A stretch of 62,913 nt of DNA, counting the filler, from Globobulimina sp. (lineage: Eukaryota), in the NCBI GenBank assembly GCA_003354225.1. It is 37 parts of 37 records of this genome, joined end to end, with 100 filler letters (N's around TTAATTAATTAA, not from the genome) between each part and the next. Parts side by side here need not be neighbours in the genome. Positions count along the whole stretch, not along the records: positions 49,398 to 50,999 come from PIVH01014253.1; positions 51,100 to 52,701 come from PIVH01014254.1; positions 52,802 to 54,403 come from PIVH01014255.1; positions 54,504 to 56,105 come from PIVH01014256.1; positions 56,206 to 57,807 come from PIVH01014257.1; positions 57,908 to 59,509 come from PIVH01014258.1; positions 59,610 to 61,211 come from PIVH01014259.1; positions 61,312 to 62,913 come from PIVH01014260.1; 29 more parts are not named here. The stretch is one strand, 5' to 3'. A program made the translations under genes and the position numbers. The notes under the pieces are model-generated. The model saw only the letters and a program-made list of their open reading frames with translations, ran no database searches and was not told where the DNA came from. Positions within the stretch are counted from its first letter, which is position 1, and each line of letters begins with the position of its first letter. This document shows positions 49,641 through 62,913 of this stretch, piece after piece.

Positions 49641-50061
49641 ATCACCAGAACAATCATCAAAATCACAATTAAAATTAGCATCAAAAACAAAAAAAACCAC
49701 ACCAACAAGAAGAAAAACATTCAGTCCTAAAACAATTGAAAAATATAAAGAAAAAGCCAAAAGATTTGGTATTAACAAAAAACACACCAAGCCAACGTTA
49801 ACACGAATGTCAATATATATGTCCGAACTTTTATGCATTGCTAACGACTGGAAAATTAGAGTAAGCTCAAAAAAAATAGTGGACCAAATTTATAATAATA
49901 TATATAACCAGTCATTGTTTATGGCTTTCCATTAGCTCCGTCATCATAGTTTCCATCCTCGTCTGGGGCCATGATTACATTCAATAACTCTAAATATGCA
50001 AAATAAACATCATCTGTCATACGAACCCAGTTTCCTGGATTACCATTTGGGCTTTCGATTA

Positions 50062-50322
50062 CTAAACATTGGATGATCTTTCTGCGCCAGAGAGCGTCTC
50101 AGGCATCATAGGAGTCACAGGAGTCGCAGGCGTCACAGGTGTCACAGGTCTGTCACCTTCTATCCAGATGCATCTATGGTCATCAACTTTGCCTTCACAT
50201 CGTTTTTCTTCTTGATCAAAACGACTGCAATCTTTTTCTTCATCAGGTGCTGCTTTCATGCAATAACCATTTATGTTCACAATAGCTAAAGAAAAAGCAA
50301 TTATTGATAGAGGGGAACCCAT
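50062..50322 (-). CDS. Small secreted Cys-containing protein or first exon, with VTP repeats
   Basis: Signal peptide, four Cys, PVTPVTPATPVTP. Confidence 0.5.
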   Translation of the reverse strand: MGSPLSIIAFSLAIVNINGYCMKAAPDEEKDCSRFDQEEKRCEGKVDDHRCIWIEGDRPVTPVTPATPVTPMMPETLSGAERSSNV

Positions 50323-51099
50323 TTTTGTTTAAAGCAAGTTTTGCCTGATAAATCCAGTCAAGTGAACAAATTCTTAACCAATAATGCTTCTGACCCCAAG
50401 TCATACAAAGTTTGACGATGTTTCTGTATATACACACAACTTATTTTCTTTACATACATCATACATGATATAGCAAAAGAGGAAAATCCGACAGATCCAA
50501 ATAAAATGCGATTACCAAGAATTACGTATTCAAATTTAAAACAAGCAATCAAAGCACATCAAAAATGTACTAATTCATTTAGCGAAAAATTAGATGGCAA
50601 TAACAATATCAATCCAATATTAATCAAGGACAAAAACTCAAATCCGCCAGCAATCTCAAATCCACATGTTTCAAAAATGCATATTGAGAGCAAACTCAAT
50701 AAATTTACATTTCGTTCAAGGACTTTATGGGAAAAAGTATTGATTTTGGTTTCTTTTTTAAACTGTTCATTCTCGTATTTGTCATCAGTTTATGTCTATA
50801 AATATGGCACAAATAATAATATTCCAAGCACAGTGCTGTGGTCATTATTTCATTTATCTTATGGTACAATGCCAATATTTGGTATTTGGGAGCATGTTTT
50901 TTTTGAGCAAAGGATGAATCCAATGATTATTAAAACAGATAATATCAGCTCTTTTTGCAGTATGTCGTCATTAATTTTTTTTTTATCAGCAGTATTAAAN
51001 NNNNNNNNNNNNNNNNNNNNNNNNNNNNNNNNNNNNNNNNNNNTTAATTAATTAANNNNNNNNNNNNNNNNNNNNNNNNNNNNNNNNNNNNNNNNNNNN

Positions 51100-52701
51100 A
51101 ATTGTCCAGCTAAATATGATTGTAATGAACGCTCTGTAATATATGACAAATACGGAGCTTTTGTAGTATTTCCAACAGGCAATGCCGACACAAATGAATG
51201 CATTATACTTTGTTCTAACTCGCCATCCCATCCTTTAATAGTAATCGTTGGGATAGTAAATGCATTCGCGTCTTGTTTATTATGTGACAATTTAATTTTG
51301 CCCAAACCCAACATCTGCAATGATTGCATTAAGTTGCTGGAATATAGCATGTTATGTTCAGACAATGCAAACAATATTTGCTGAAACTTATGCAGCGGAA
51401 GTTTTTCATTTTTATACTTGAGGCCCAACAAAACCAATCCCTGCTCAATGGGTTTGCATTTATAATCATTGACACTGTTTGGCATATTTGCGGAGGAAAA
51501 TGCAGGATGATAAATAGCGATATTATTCGGTTTAGTGAATGTTAAATCATCCGCTTGATCTGGATGCTGTGTCTTTGGTGTTGATACTCTAAAATCTAAA
51601 GAAAATATATTGATGATTTTATTCAATAATACGGACCATTTTACATCTAATTTTTCACTCAATTGCTGCAATGATAATTTATTTTGTTTTCCAGTGTAAA
51701 ATTGTTGCATTATGTTTTCACGTAATTTGGAATCATTTGCTTTCATGGTTTTAATGTAATTGTTTGCTTTTTGATGTAAATGGTCAGTATTTTCAAATGT
51801 AATATGTCGATCTAATTTGGAATAATCGACATTGATAAATGCTGAGATTGAGGTTGGAAACTTGTTAAATATCCAGGGCCAATCAGTAGTTTCCGGTAAT
51901 TTATCAAATAGCAATGTTTGGAAATCGCATAACCGCATAGTATCGCCATCCATATTGGCTATAATGTCTTGCATAATTTCCTCTAAGCTCATATATGATG
52001 ATACCATTGATTTTAATGGAGAACGAATGTCGAATTTTTGCTGTTTGTAACAAATATCAAACATTTCAAAAATATTTTTTTAATAGAAATACTAAACCGG
52101 TCTTAGTGCAAAAAATGGTAGCTTGGAATCTGGAGAGTCATATTGAATGGCGATCTGATGCGGGCTGTTATACAATAAAAAATAAGCAGTGTTTGAATAT
52201 TGATCAAATGGATATAATTGGTTGGGATTATTTAAATATTTATGTTTGAATTGCGCTGAATTTGGTAGTATTTGAGGCAATTCGTGTTCAGAGATTCGTT
52301 TTTCAGGACTTTTGCGTATTTCTGATAGTATCATATTGTTTAAATAATAAAATGTCGTTTTATGTGATCGATTATGCACATTTTTTTGAATACTTATCAA
52401 CCAATCAATGGTATGACCATCATAGTTTTGATCAATTCGCCAAATATTATATTTTGTTTTGATGAGTTGATAAAATGGGGATTTTTGGTCAGGATTTTCA
52501 ACTATGTTTTGAAAAAATTTCTTACCGAAAATCTGGGAATAGTATTTGTTGAAATTAGATAAATTCAGAGAAATTAATTGTTTTTGGTGAAATACTTCAT
52601 TAAATTCCGACAATAGCGATGTCTCCGATTGTGCACTTTCATTGATATTGACATGTTCTCTCAATCTAATCACTGGATCATTAAATATTAACTCTTTTTG
52701 T
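51100..52701 (-). CDS. Hypothetical protein, partial; probably one gene frameshifted at about 52065-52110
   Basis: Two long adjacent same-strand ORFs; no recognised motif. Confidence 0.5.
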
Positions 52702-53299
52702 NNNNNNNNNNNNNNNNNNNNNNNNNNNNNNNNNNNNNNNNNNNNTTAATTAATTAANNNNNNNNNNNNNNNNNNNNNNNNNNNNNNNNNNNNNNNNNNN
52801 NGAACACGAAATAAATGTAACCCACAGACACGTAATAGGTCCCGCGCAAACGAAAAAAATGTATACCACACCAAACAAACGAATGTTCCCCGCACACTAA
52901 AAAATGGATAACACGAACCATCCAAATTAGTCTCCCACCCATCGAAAGAACAACGCGCACCATGGAAATGAACAACGCGCACAAAGTTTCTTGCAAGTGA
53001 AAAAATATATGTAATAAAGCATAAAATAAGTTAAATACTTGATTTAGCAGTTTTTAAACTCCTAAATAAACAGTTTAGTAACACTTCGTTCAGTAATCTT
53101 CCTTAGAACATGTGCAGGATGTTGATGGTAAGCATATTATTTTTATTTTTATTGTCAGAAACTGAGTTAACTGACAGCAGAACTATTCTCTCAAATGAGT
53201 CAAATCACCAGGTTTTATTTGTATATTCTTGTTTGCCGGAAAAATAACAAACTAAAATTATAAAATTAAAAGTATCTCCAAATAAAATTTGGTTGCACA

Positions 53300-54403
53300 T
53301 CAGATATAGAGATAATTTCAAATAGCATCGATACCATTATCAATGCATTCGAATTCATTACCAAAATAGATGCATCCTATTGGTCTGTATCTGATGGTTC
53401 ATGGTCTTATTATGATTCCACCATTAATTTGGAATATATTTACACAGATTTTGTAATTCAAAGTGATACAGACACCGAAAATAAACTGAAATCATTGCGA
53501 GAATGGCTAGATTATGATAAAGAGCAATTTATTGTTTTATTTAACACACATTCCGATATTATCCGTTTATCAACGATTTGCATCATCGGAATCAGTGATG
53601 GATATATTTCCAATTATTATAACACTGAAACAAATACCACATTGGCAATAAAAGATACATTGGATTATTCATCAAAAGATTCAACAGTGTCTGGACACGG
53701 TATTTTATATTCTTATGACAATAATTTCAATTTAAGATTATTTTGTAATAACACTTGGCAGTGGGCAGAAACACAAGGTTTAATAACAATGTCTTCTTTG
53801 CTATCCATATAAAGTTATATCTTTTCTTTTAAATATTTTAGTTGCATGCAAATCAATGGGATATGATTTTGGTATTTATATCAACGGCGCAGCAGCCGCA
53901 ATCTATAATGATTTCAGTTATTATGATCCGTATTATGGCAATGTGAATTGTAGTGGACACGAACAAACATTATGGGATTGTGAAATGAGCACAAATGCAT
54001 CTGATATCATCCCCGAATGTCGTGATGTTCAATCTGCTGTGGTTGTGTATTGCGTTCGATTTTGTTATGTTTTTTTCTTCTACATTTCCATGTATTTAAC
54101 ATACCACATTACCACCATATATACCTATAGTCCCCATCGCAGATAATATTATTCGTATATTCCAATCTTATAATTCCTACAATTCATTTTTACCGTTAGT
54201 TTATGGTGATTATGGTGCCACAGATGAATTTGTTACAATTTGCCAAGACAATAATATTTTCGATACTGTTGAAATTGCAGATGCGGTTTGCGATTTATTT
54301 AATTTAGCACCGGGGATAAATGGATCTAGTATTGATACTTTAGAGGGGTATTATATTGCTAGTAATGTGTCTTCCGCAGAGCTCACAACCTTTGATTCTA
54401 GCG
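53300..54403 (+). CDS. Scavenger-receptor cysteine-rich (SRCR)-domain protein, multi-exon fragment
   Basis: FCNNTW..Q|VACKSMGY (intron 53778-53841), NVNCSGHEQTLWDC; next exon VTICQD..ADAVC. Confidence 0.7.
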
Positions 54404-54503
54404 NNNNNNNNNNNNNNNNNNNNNNNNNNNNNNNNNNNNNNNNNNNNTTAATTAATTAANNNNNNNNNNNNNNNNNNNNNNNNNNNNNNNNNNNNNNNNN
54501 NNN

Positions 54504-55756
54504 AACCTGGACTGCAGCTCATATATCGCGGTACTGATCGCATTATTCCCTCCAACAATGGCAACGTTATCAGTTTCATATCCTGCTATAAATGTCAATA
54601 AATATAATAAACTTCGAATTTTTTTAATGTCTGGTTTATAAAACCTATCAAGCACACATTTATCCAATATTCTTTTATATACACCACAATTATCATAACC
54701 TGTAGCATATATAATTATATCTACATTTTCAATCAACATGTTATCATTCGCAACAATATCATTTCCATTAATTACACATTCAATCTCTCCTCGTATTCCT
54801 TTCACAATTCCTTGCTTACAAAAATATTCTAATCCTTTACAAAAACCAATTTTAAAATCACTTTCAATATTTGGAGTGACAAAGCCATAGTCATCCAAAT
54901 AGACTGCCATTTGCTTTAAATCAAATTCAATTTGGCGCGCTGCAATGTATGTATCTAATGTATGATTCGTGTCACTTTCCCAAAAATGCAAAAATAATCT
55001 TGGCTCTCGATACAAATTATACACATATTTAGCTCCATTTTTGGCGGCATACTCCACCATATCTGGGCCAGAAATACTATTTCCAACAACTAATACAATT
55101 TTGTCCTTTACCCCGTACGAATCAATTTGTTTAATATCTCGTGAATGATATATTTTGCCTCGGAATCGTTGCTTAATATCATCAATATTTGATGGGTATT
55201 TTGGCTGTGAAAAGGCACCAAGACATAAAACTATTCGGTCAAACAAATAATTTTCAACATTTCTTTTGCTTTCCACGCTAACATTCCATTTATTATTCTC
55301 ATTCTTATTCACACGCAATACATTCGAGTTGAATTTAATATTACTATATAAATCAAAGTGATTTGTATAATTTTTCAGATGTTCGTATACGTTTTCAATC
55401 TTCGTAAATTTAGCGTGATTTTCGCTGCAATATCCATAATTTTGTGGCTCATATATATAATCTGAGAATGGCCATAAAGTATAGGAACTATTACTAAACA
55501 TCCCTTTATATCCTCCGCCCAAATCATTGTCATAATTCCAAGTGCCACCGATATCATTATCATGTTCGAATAAAGTTATGTCACTAAATCCAATTTCTTT
55601 CAATTCTTTTAATGTGCCAATTCCACTCATACCGCCACCAATTATTCCAATTTTCTCATTACTGTAATTATGGATGTATTGAGTCCTACATTTTCTAACG
55701 CATCCACTTACTAATAACTGTGACAGTCTTTTCCTGACATGGTTCGTGATTTGCAT
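54504..55756 (-). CDS. Flavin-containing monooxygenase, 3' partial
   Basis: IIGGGMSG, GGTW, FRGKIYHS, VVGNSISG, ATGY. Confidence 0.92.
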
Positions 55757-56546
55757 ATTGCATTGGAAGAGTTTTATAAGAGCATCCGGTTTTCAGCGTC
55801 ATATTTTTATTGGGCAACAGTCGAAGCAAACCGTTTCTGGTGAGTGACAAAGGTAAAAATTATATAGGTTTGTTTGCCTTCGTTTCTCACGCTGGAAACC
55901 GGATGCTCTTTTATTAGAATGAAGAAATGGCAACATCCGTAAACCCAATGCACCAATCCTGATTTTTTATTGTATACAGAGTCTGAACAAGAACCTGCAA
56001 AATATTGATCTATACTCGAAGTAAACAACATATTTGCAAATAATGTTATTTATACATTAAATATTATACCCCATAAGTTTAGCAATGATATAAAGAAGCA
56101 GTATTNNNNNNNNNNNNNNNNNNNNNNNNNNNNNNNNNNNNNNNNNNNNTTAATTAATTAANNNNNNNNNNNNNNNNNNNNNNNNNNNNNNNNNNNNNNN
56201 NNNNNTACATTATTGACGATGTTGATTTTTTTTCCGTTTGAAGATCCTCAACTATCGATATGGAATATGGATAGTACTTAATAGATAGTTTTGCCATTGA
56301 TATTCTTTGTTAATTAATTAATAGATTGTCATTTCCATCTTGTACAGATTTTGTTTGTTTACATTTGTGTGTAGCAAACGGATTGATTCCATTCATGGCT
56401 GCAAGTTATATATCCATCAGCCATACAACTAAGTCGCTGCAATTTCTACAAATTAAAAATCTAAATATTGAAGAAAAAAAACTTTCTTACCCTTTCTGGC
56501 AGCATCCGCAGCTTTGCATTTCTGAACATATTATTGCCGAACATCA

Positions 56547-57426
56547 TATGGACGCATTAATTGGCGGAGCACACTTAGAAAATGATTACAAATTAGAATG
56601 GGACGACAATTATAATACATCCGTGGCATTGTATGATGATTTTGAAAAGTGTCTTTATGTGGATTATTATAACGATTACGCATCGCATCCTGATCAATTT
56701 AAAGAATATATGACTGCTCGCGATGGTATTACATGTCAGCAAAAAAAGAAGAGTGTTGCTATAAGACGTAAAAATTTAATAATATGGGATTGGGATGACA
56801 CGATATTTCCAACTTATTCCTTCCGCACACATCAAGACAAAAATGATAAGCAATTTATGCATAAATTAAAAACTTTGGTCTCTTTAATCAAAGACACATT
56901 TACTAAAATGATTCGATTCTATGGCTCTGAAAATATCATCATTGTTACCAATGCATCGCCCAAATGGATTTATAAATGTTTGAATGTTGATATTGTACGA
57001 GACACATTCATGAAATTTCAAAATCTATTGAAAAAACATCGTATTACAACAATATCAGCGTCAACACCACATATTACAAAGCAATATCCGTCCAATCATT
57101 TTAAATGGAAAGAAATTGCATTTGCGGAGTTTTTTGCTCAATATTTCGACGCCAATGATGAACAAAATGTAGTTGGCATCAATTGTATAACATCAATCGG
57201 TGACTCATTATCTGAGTATGAAGCAAGCAATTATGCCTCAAAAAATATTGCAAATCGTATATTAAATCGGATTAAATTTAAATCGAATCCGTCTATCAAT
57301 GACATGATATTTCAATTTAAAAATATACAAAATATCATTCCTAAATTTAAAACAACTACAAATAATATCCAATTGCATTATTCTTGTCAGTCTATTATAA
57401 CTGATTCGGATTCTACCTGCAATTAA
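56547..57426 (+). CDS. HAD-superfamily hydrolase-like protein
   Basis: IWDWDDTIFPT, IVTNA, WK, SIGDS..E; start uncertain. Confidence 0.75.
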
Positions 57427-58814
57427 AAGTGAAAGTTAGTTACTCAACACACACAAAACAATGCATTGAGAATAATTATTATTTGTTTGTACATTCTTTT
57501 TCCTTTTTTTGTAAACTAAATAGTACGTTATAATTATATTTGCAATGATAATTAACAAATGTTGCTGTTTTGTAATATGTTTTGTTTTTTTTATTTCCGT
57601 CCCTGTTCTTTTTTCTAATTGTAATTGTTTGATTGATTTTGTACTTTTACGCAATTTGTTTACATAATTCTACACTTTGGGTGTCGTGTACGTACATATA
57701 GTGTAATGTGCATTTTTGTATATATAATGTGCACTTTATAGATTTGTCATTTTTGTATATACTTTTTGTGCAACATTCTTTTTGTGCAACATAATTAATT
57801 TTAAAAANNNNNNNNNNNNNNNNNNNNNNNNNNNNNNNNNNNNNNNNNNNNTTAATTAATTAANNNNNNNNNNNNNNNNNNNNNNNNNNNNNNNNNNNNN
57901 NNNNNNNTTTACTTGAAATATTACCTTTTTTCCTTTAAAAAGTGGAAAATGTGATAATTTTTGCTTAAAACGCATGAAATGAGACCAAAAAAGTAAAAAA
58001 GTTGAAGTTTTAGAGCTCTCGCATCACAAATAACTACAACTATCTTAAATTTTTGCAAATGTTAATGTTTTTGTCCACATTTTTCGGAATTTTTCTAAAA
58101 ATTTCACATTTTATTTAACCTTTTTCTCTGCAATGTACAAGAAATTATCCGAATTGATTATGTTTTTCCAAATTGTGTTGACATATTGCGTTTTTATACA
58201 GTTTTACAACAAAAGGACTGAACTTCTTGACAAAGTTATTAGTTTTTGCATCAAGTATGTGAGTTTTTGATTGAAATATCTAAAATATTTATGTTTTTGT
58301 ATTAAAGTTGGTACTTTCTGCTGCTATTGCATCAAAATTGCTGATTTAAGTTTAGTTTTTACTGAATAAATGTCGCAGAATGTCTAATTTAGAGAAAATG
58401 TCTTTGATGTTTGCATCATTTTAGTAATTTTTATTCAAAAAGTTTGAATTTTATAGAAATTTTTGCCAAAATATACAATATTTCGCAAAAGTGTTTCAAT
58501 TTTTAATATTTTTATGGACAAACCATCTTTCGTCACCACAATTTTGAATATTTTGGTAGTATAATTCAAAAAGTTTAACATGTTGTCTGAAAAATATCAT
58601 TTTACCGCATAAGTTAAGTAATTTTTGACTATTTTAGAGACAAGAACTGCTTTTGTCACAACAATTTTGAATATTTTGAAAATTTACTTGCAGTTTAGTG
58701 AAATTTTGATACAATATTGAAGAAAACATTAATTTTATGGACAAAATCAATCTAAATCCTGTTGAAAACTCTGGATAGAGAAGACACAACTGACATTAGT
58801 GATGTCATTAGTGG

Positions 58815-58856
58815 CCAATCAGCGTGGAGTTACCAATGAAACTGACCAATCAGCGT
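58815..58856 (+). promoter_or_regulatory. Triple CCAAT box upstream of the capsid gene
   Basis: CCAATCAGCGT at 58815 and 58846 (31-bp spacing) and CCAAT at 58833, 90-130 bp before the ATG. Confidence 0.55.
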
Positions 58857-58945
58857 CGACCAGAAGCATTATATTCGTCAAACTTGAAGAATTTCTCAGT
58901 CTATCACATTATAACTTGGTGTATTGCGGTTTTTTCTCTAACAAA

Positions 58946-59509
58946 ATGGCCAAACGTCTACGTGGTTCTGAAGACTTGAGCATGGACTTTGACTTGCTTT
59001 CCATTGACAATCAAGATGAGACAGTCAAAAGGGTTTATTTTAAAGAGTACCAAGATTTGACACCAAGTGGTAAGAAATAATTGCGTAAAGGTTAAATTTA
59101 AATATTCATTTTTGTAGACCAAGAACGCAGTCACTTTACAATTCCACATTCCAATGAGCTTGGTACAGACCTGAGCAACATATTTGTGGAGACAAAGCTG
59201 AGAGTTGTCAAAGAGAATGGCCAGAATTTAACCGAACATGACAGAGAAAAGATTCAACCAACCCATGATTTTTTCGATGCACTCTTTTCAAGTGTAGATG
59301 TGTTGATCAATGAGGTCGGAGTGGGAGATATTGGCATGTTCCATCCGCAAACTGCTTTGCTCCACAACCTTCTTGACTATGATGAGCAGTATCAGTATGA
59401 TACAATGAAATTTTCAAATGTTTGGTCTAAAGATTACCAATACCCAGCTGCTATTCCTCAAAGTCGGCATATGTGTATCGAAAAAAGCAAAGTTCTTCAA
59501 CTTTATGGT
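58946..59509 (+). mobile_element. Second Polinton/Maverick-type major capsid protein gene, 5' part, with a 48-nt intron
   Basis: Intron 59070-59117 (GTAAGA..TTTGTAG) gives ..FDLLS..KEYQDLTPSD|QERSHFTI..DLSNIFVETKLRVVKENG..FFDALFSSVDVLIN..LHNLLDY, which aligns with the gene at 5281-6520. Confidence 0.8.
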
Positions 59510-59616
59510 NNNNNNNNNNNNNNNNNNNNNNNNNNNNNNNNNNNNNNNNNNNNTTAATTAATTAANNNNNNNNNNNNNNNNNNNNNNNNNNNNNNNNNNN
59601 NNNNNNNNNGACAAGT

Positions 59617-61211
59617 GTTTTTTTTTATTTTTACGTCTTAAATTTTCTTGTTGACTTTTTACAAAATGTGGGGGGATTTGATATCCATCTTTTATTGCTT
59701 TACCAATCATAAATATAATAATCTCGCAAAAGCTGTAACATTTCTGGCAATAAAACTAAATTCGAAAGTAAAGACAAATTCTTCAAAAACTTTCTTCAAA
59801 ACTTCTAAGAAATCAATTAAAGATTTCACCCATACACAAGTAGGAAACACTACAATAAATAGCATAAACAAACATGAATACAAGTCCTTTTATTTGGGGA
59901 TGAAACCAATGAACAAAGGTAATATATATAAAATATTAGAAAAACTAGTACTATAAAGTACGTTAGCTCTCTTGATCAGGATTGATCGGGCATATATTTT
60001 GTAGGTTCACCTGGTACAGATAATTGAATCTTTTTGTTTCTTTGACGAACTGAAGAACAGTTTTCCAGATTTCTAACTGGGTTTCTAAGCTAAGTTCACT
60101 TTCAATGTCTGGAGGTCTTCTAATGGAGTATGGATAAAACAGGTACTGTTTATCTGTTACATTTCCATTTTGAAATCCATTCCATGCTTTACCAAGGGAT
60201 ATATACATTCAATTTCTTTGGTTAAAATAAGCAGGACAGACAAATAGAAAGTTGTTGATGGATTCTATGGCGTTATTATTGCATTTGAGGCAAATTGGGG
60301 ATTCAATGATTGATTTATCAGTGTCTTTGTATCTATGTTTAAATAGGAATTGGTTCAATTCTATATGGCCGGAGATAAGTCTGTTTATGATCGCAGCTTC
60401 GTCTCTGTTGACATGTTTTATTATTTTATTTATTTTATTATGCAATTCTGGGTTATTTTTATACATTAAATAGCTATCTTGTCCTGGCTGGGTGTCTCTA
60501 TTCATCCATATTTGTTTCCATTGATAATTAATTTGGTTGTGCAGTTGGGTTATCGTTGTGTTATAAGATATTTCTGTGGATAGTTCTGGATTATATTTTG
60601 CATGTTTAGCTGCAAAATTAGCTAACTTATCCACCTCATCATTAAAGATATTGTTATTGTGCGATTTAATTTTGATGAAAGATATATGGATTTGCGGATT
60701 ATTAGTTTGTATTTGGCATAATTTAATTAAGATATTTTCGACGAGGAGCTTGGTTTCATTGTATTTAGGGAAATTGGCCCCATTTATAAATTGGAGTAAT
60801 GGGAGATTGTCTATGTATATTTTATAATGAATTGGATTAATTATTTGCGAGTCAATTATGTAGTTCAGCATCATGTGGACTGCTTCTATTTCAGCAGTTG
60901 TAATGGTTACAGGTATTTTGAAATAAAATACTTTTTTGAATGAATGAGTATGTGCTGGTTGAGCCGGGATGAACATTGCTGATCCACCTCTGCCTGGGTT
61001 GGGGTCGCATGATCCGTCCGTGAATGCAATAACATATTCATTATTTGTCGGTTGTTGCGGGTTAGCGGCCATTAATTGGACGCTGAAGTTTGTCGGAAGG
61101 TATTTTAAATTGTATGTCGGAGAGGCAGTTATTTGCGTTTTATTTAAAGCGCTTAGGTTCATTGATAGTGCCTTGATTGAATCGTCATTTTGGCAGTAAT
61201 TGGTCCAATTG
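59617..61211 (-). mobile_element. Non-LTR retrotransposon 3' end: RNase H, zinc knuckle, 3' UTR, A-tail; nonsense-disrupted
   Basis: FTDGS, AEIEA, YIDN, IKSH..NDEVDKLA (RNase H); RLISGH; CLKC..ESINNFLFVCP; in-frame TGA 60209-60211; AATAAA(A)n at about 59617-59632. Confidence 0.85.
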
Positions 61212-61426
61212 NNNNNNNNNNNNNNNNNNNNNNNNNNNNNNNNNNNNNNNNNNNNTTAATTAATTAANNNNNNNNNNNNNNNNNNNNNNNNNNNNNNNNN
61301 NNNNNNNNNNNGACTTGTTTAATAACACAAAAACGTTATTAAACTCGTCATAGTAACACCACTACGTCGGATTTCGCCGGATTTTTTATAAAAACATGTC
61401 AATTATTTTTGAATAATAGCATCAGC

Positions 61427-62870
61427 TCATTTAGGTGTTGCAAAATCGTTTCCTGCAGTTTTCTGATCAACATTCACTTTTCCATAAAGTTCCTCAGCAT
61501 CATAATCCTCTTCCTCCTCCTCCTCCAATTCAACAGTTTCTCCTACGTCAGGCCGTGATGGTGATGCTCCATTTAACATTTTTATCATACTATCTCCAGT
61601 CATTATTGCATGCGGCGGACTAGCACTTATCAACGAATTCACAATTTTATTATTTGATGGAGAACCAGGACCGCTTTCCATTGATACAGAGCCCATTTTA
61701 TTTAATGATAACATATCATTCGAACTCTTCGATTTTGATTGAACATTAATTTGAACCTGCTTTGTTTGCATTGCTTTTTTGATCTTTTCTTGTTTTTTAT
61801 TTCCTCTCCATACCAAAAACAAACATATTATAAACACCACAAAAAAACAAACAATTATTACAGAAGTAATACCAATGATAAATAGTAATTTTGTATCATG
61901 CAACAAAATAAATCCAACACTGGAACCGCTTCCATTGTTAGCAGCAACATATATATTTATATCAGTTGTTTCTGTCTCATCCACTTTCAAACTGGCAATG
62001 TTTGTGGGTGATTGGGTTGGAGTATTTGTTGGATTTTTAGATGGAACTTCTGTTGGATTGGCGCTTGGTGATTGCGATGGGAATTTTGACGGAAATTGAC
62101 TTGGATTTGGTGTGGGAGATTTACTTGGATTTGGTGTGGGAATTTTGCTTGGATTTGGGGTGGATACTGTTGGGTTTGTGGTAGGTGATTTTGTTGGATA
62201 TTTAGTGGGCAATTTGGAAGGGGATTTTGTTGGAGAAATGGTTGGGAATTTCGAGGGCTGTTTGGTTGGCATATATGTAGGGATTGGAGTGGATTTTGTA
62301 GGTATATGTGTGGTTATATTTGTAGGTGATTTGGTTGGATTTGTTGTGATTGGTTGTCCGATTAAATATATATCATCGACAACACATTCTGACGGACTGC
62401 CTGCGTTTTGATAGAAACGAATTTGAAAATTCTGATTATTATTTGCATCCGCTGGAAGATAATGGGTTTCATTAATAAGTATTGCAGGATAGATTTCATA
62501 ATTATAAGATTCTAATCGCGTCCATGAAGCACCATTATCTGCTGAATAATATGCACCACAATACTCATTGCTATGAATATCAAACGTAGTGATGCTATAT
62601 TTAAGTATAATATCTTTATAATTGGAAGTGGATAATGAAGAACCGGATGTTTTTATGGAACCAGTACTACTTAATATGCCAATACATTGTGTGCTGAATT
62701 GACTTTCAGTACAATGTTCACCATGAACCATTGGACAGCGTACAGTGCCGCTTCCAATCCATACGGATGAACACGTTTTGAATTGATCTGCAAAAATGAG
62801 GTCACAATATACGAGATTATAATGGTATATCAATGATAGTAATATTATTTGCGATACATAGATAAGCATC
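61427..62870 (-). CDS. Type I membrane protein: signal peptide, beta-rich ectodomain, P-T/S repeat stalk, TM, acidic tail
   Basis: About 25 PT/PS-type tetrapeptide repeats (PTKS, PSKF, PTTN) and a single TM LLFIIG..FLVW. Confidence 0.85.
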
Positions 62871-62913
62871 TTGCTGGTAATGATGCCGCAGTGTATAATT
62901 GTAAAAAACAAAT

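Noticed and set aside
49475-49838. Poly-Met, poly-Ile and poly-Asp ORFs
   Set aside because: Alternative readings of one (CAT)n tract; the true frame is undetermined.
56310-56321. TTAATTAATTAA inside a contig
   Set aside because: No N flanks; plausible chance AT-rich match.
5281-59509. One complete Polinton or operon built from the capsid, recombinase, DXO and RNase H genes
   Set aside because: All lie on separate contigs ordered only by size; there is no linkage evidence.
1605-61311. Regularly spaced TTAATTAATTAA as a CRISPR-like or biological repeat
   Set aside because: Always flanked by N44 on each side; a concatenation linker. ORFs ending in X..LIN or X..N are artefacts.
631-62411. Many short ORFs antisense to the called genes
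   Set aside because: Shadow frames with no motifs.

Overview
This is not a contiguous locus. It is 37 unrelated, size-sorted contigs of 1,602-1,604 bp joined by 36 artificial 100-bp linkers (N44-TTAATTAATTAA-N44), so gene order across linkers means nothing. Most contigs are AT-rich eukaryotic DNA with short GT-AG introns (about 50-110 nt). Their gene families (TRAF/RING, U-box, 7TM, PT-repeat membrane proteins, ART-like) suggest a foraminiferan/rhizarian protist; this is inference. Recognisable genes include Rpn3, SDF2, Sar1, UCP4-like carrier, eIF3f, USE1, IFT56, a DH-PH-FYVE GEF, FMO and a DXO/Rai1 nuclease. Several contigs fuse bacterial gene fragments (HdrA/GltD-like, 4Fe-4S, RsgA, metallophosphoesterase) to eukaryotic fragments mid-gene, as in whole-genome-amplification chimeras. 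Mobile elements are two Polinton/Maverick-type major capsid genes, a BEL/Pao LTR element with PBS, a DIRS-type tyrosine recombinase, an RNase H-bearing LINE 3' end and a 199-bp foldback. The top observations are (1) an 11-mer, TATCCTTGCAC, present exactly six times in six contigs (plus two near-matches), always non-coding, mostly inside short introns and in both orientations, and (2) spliceosomal introns at different positions in the two capsid genes.
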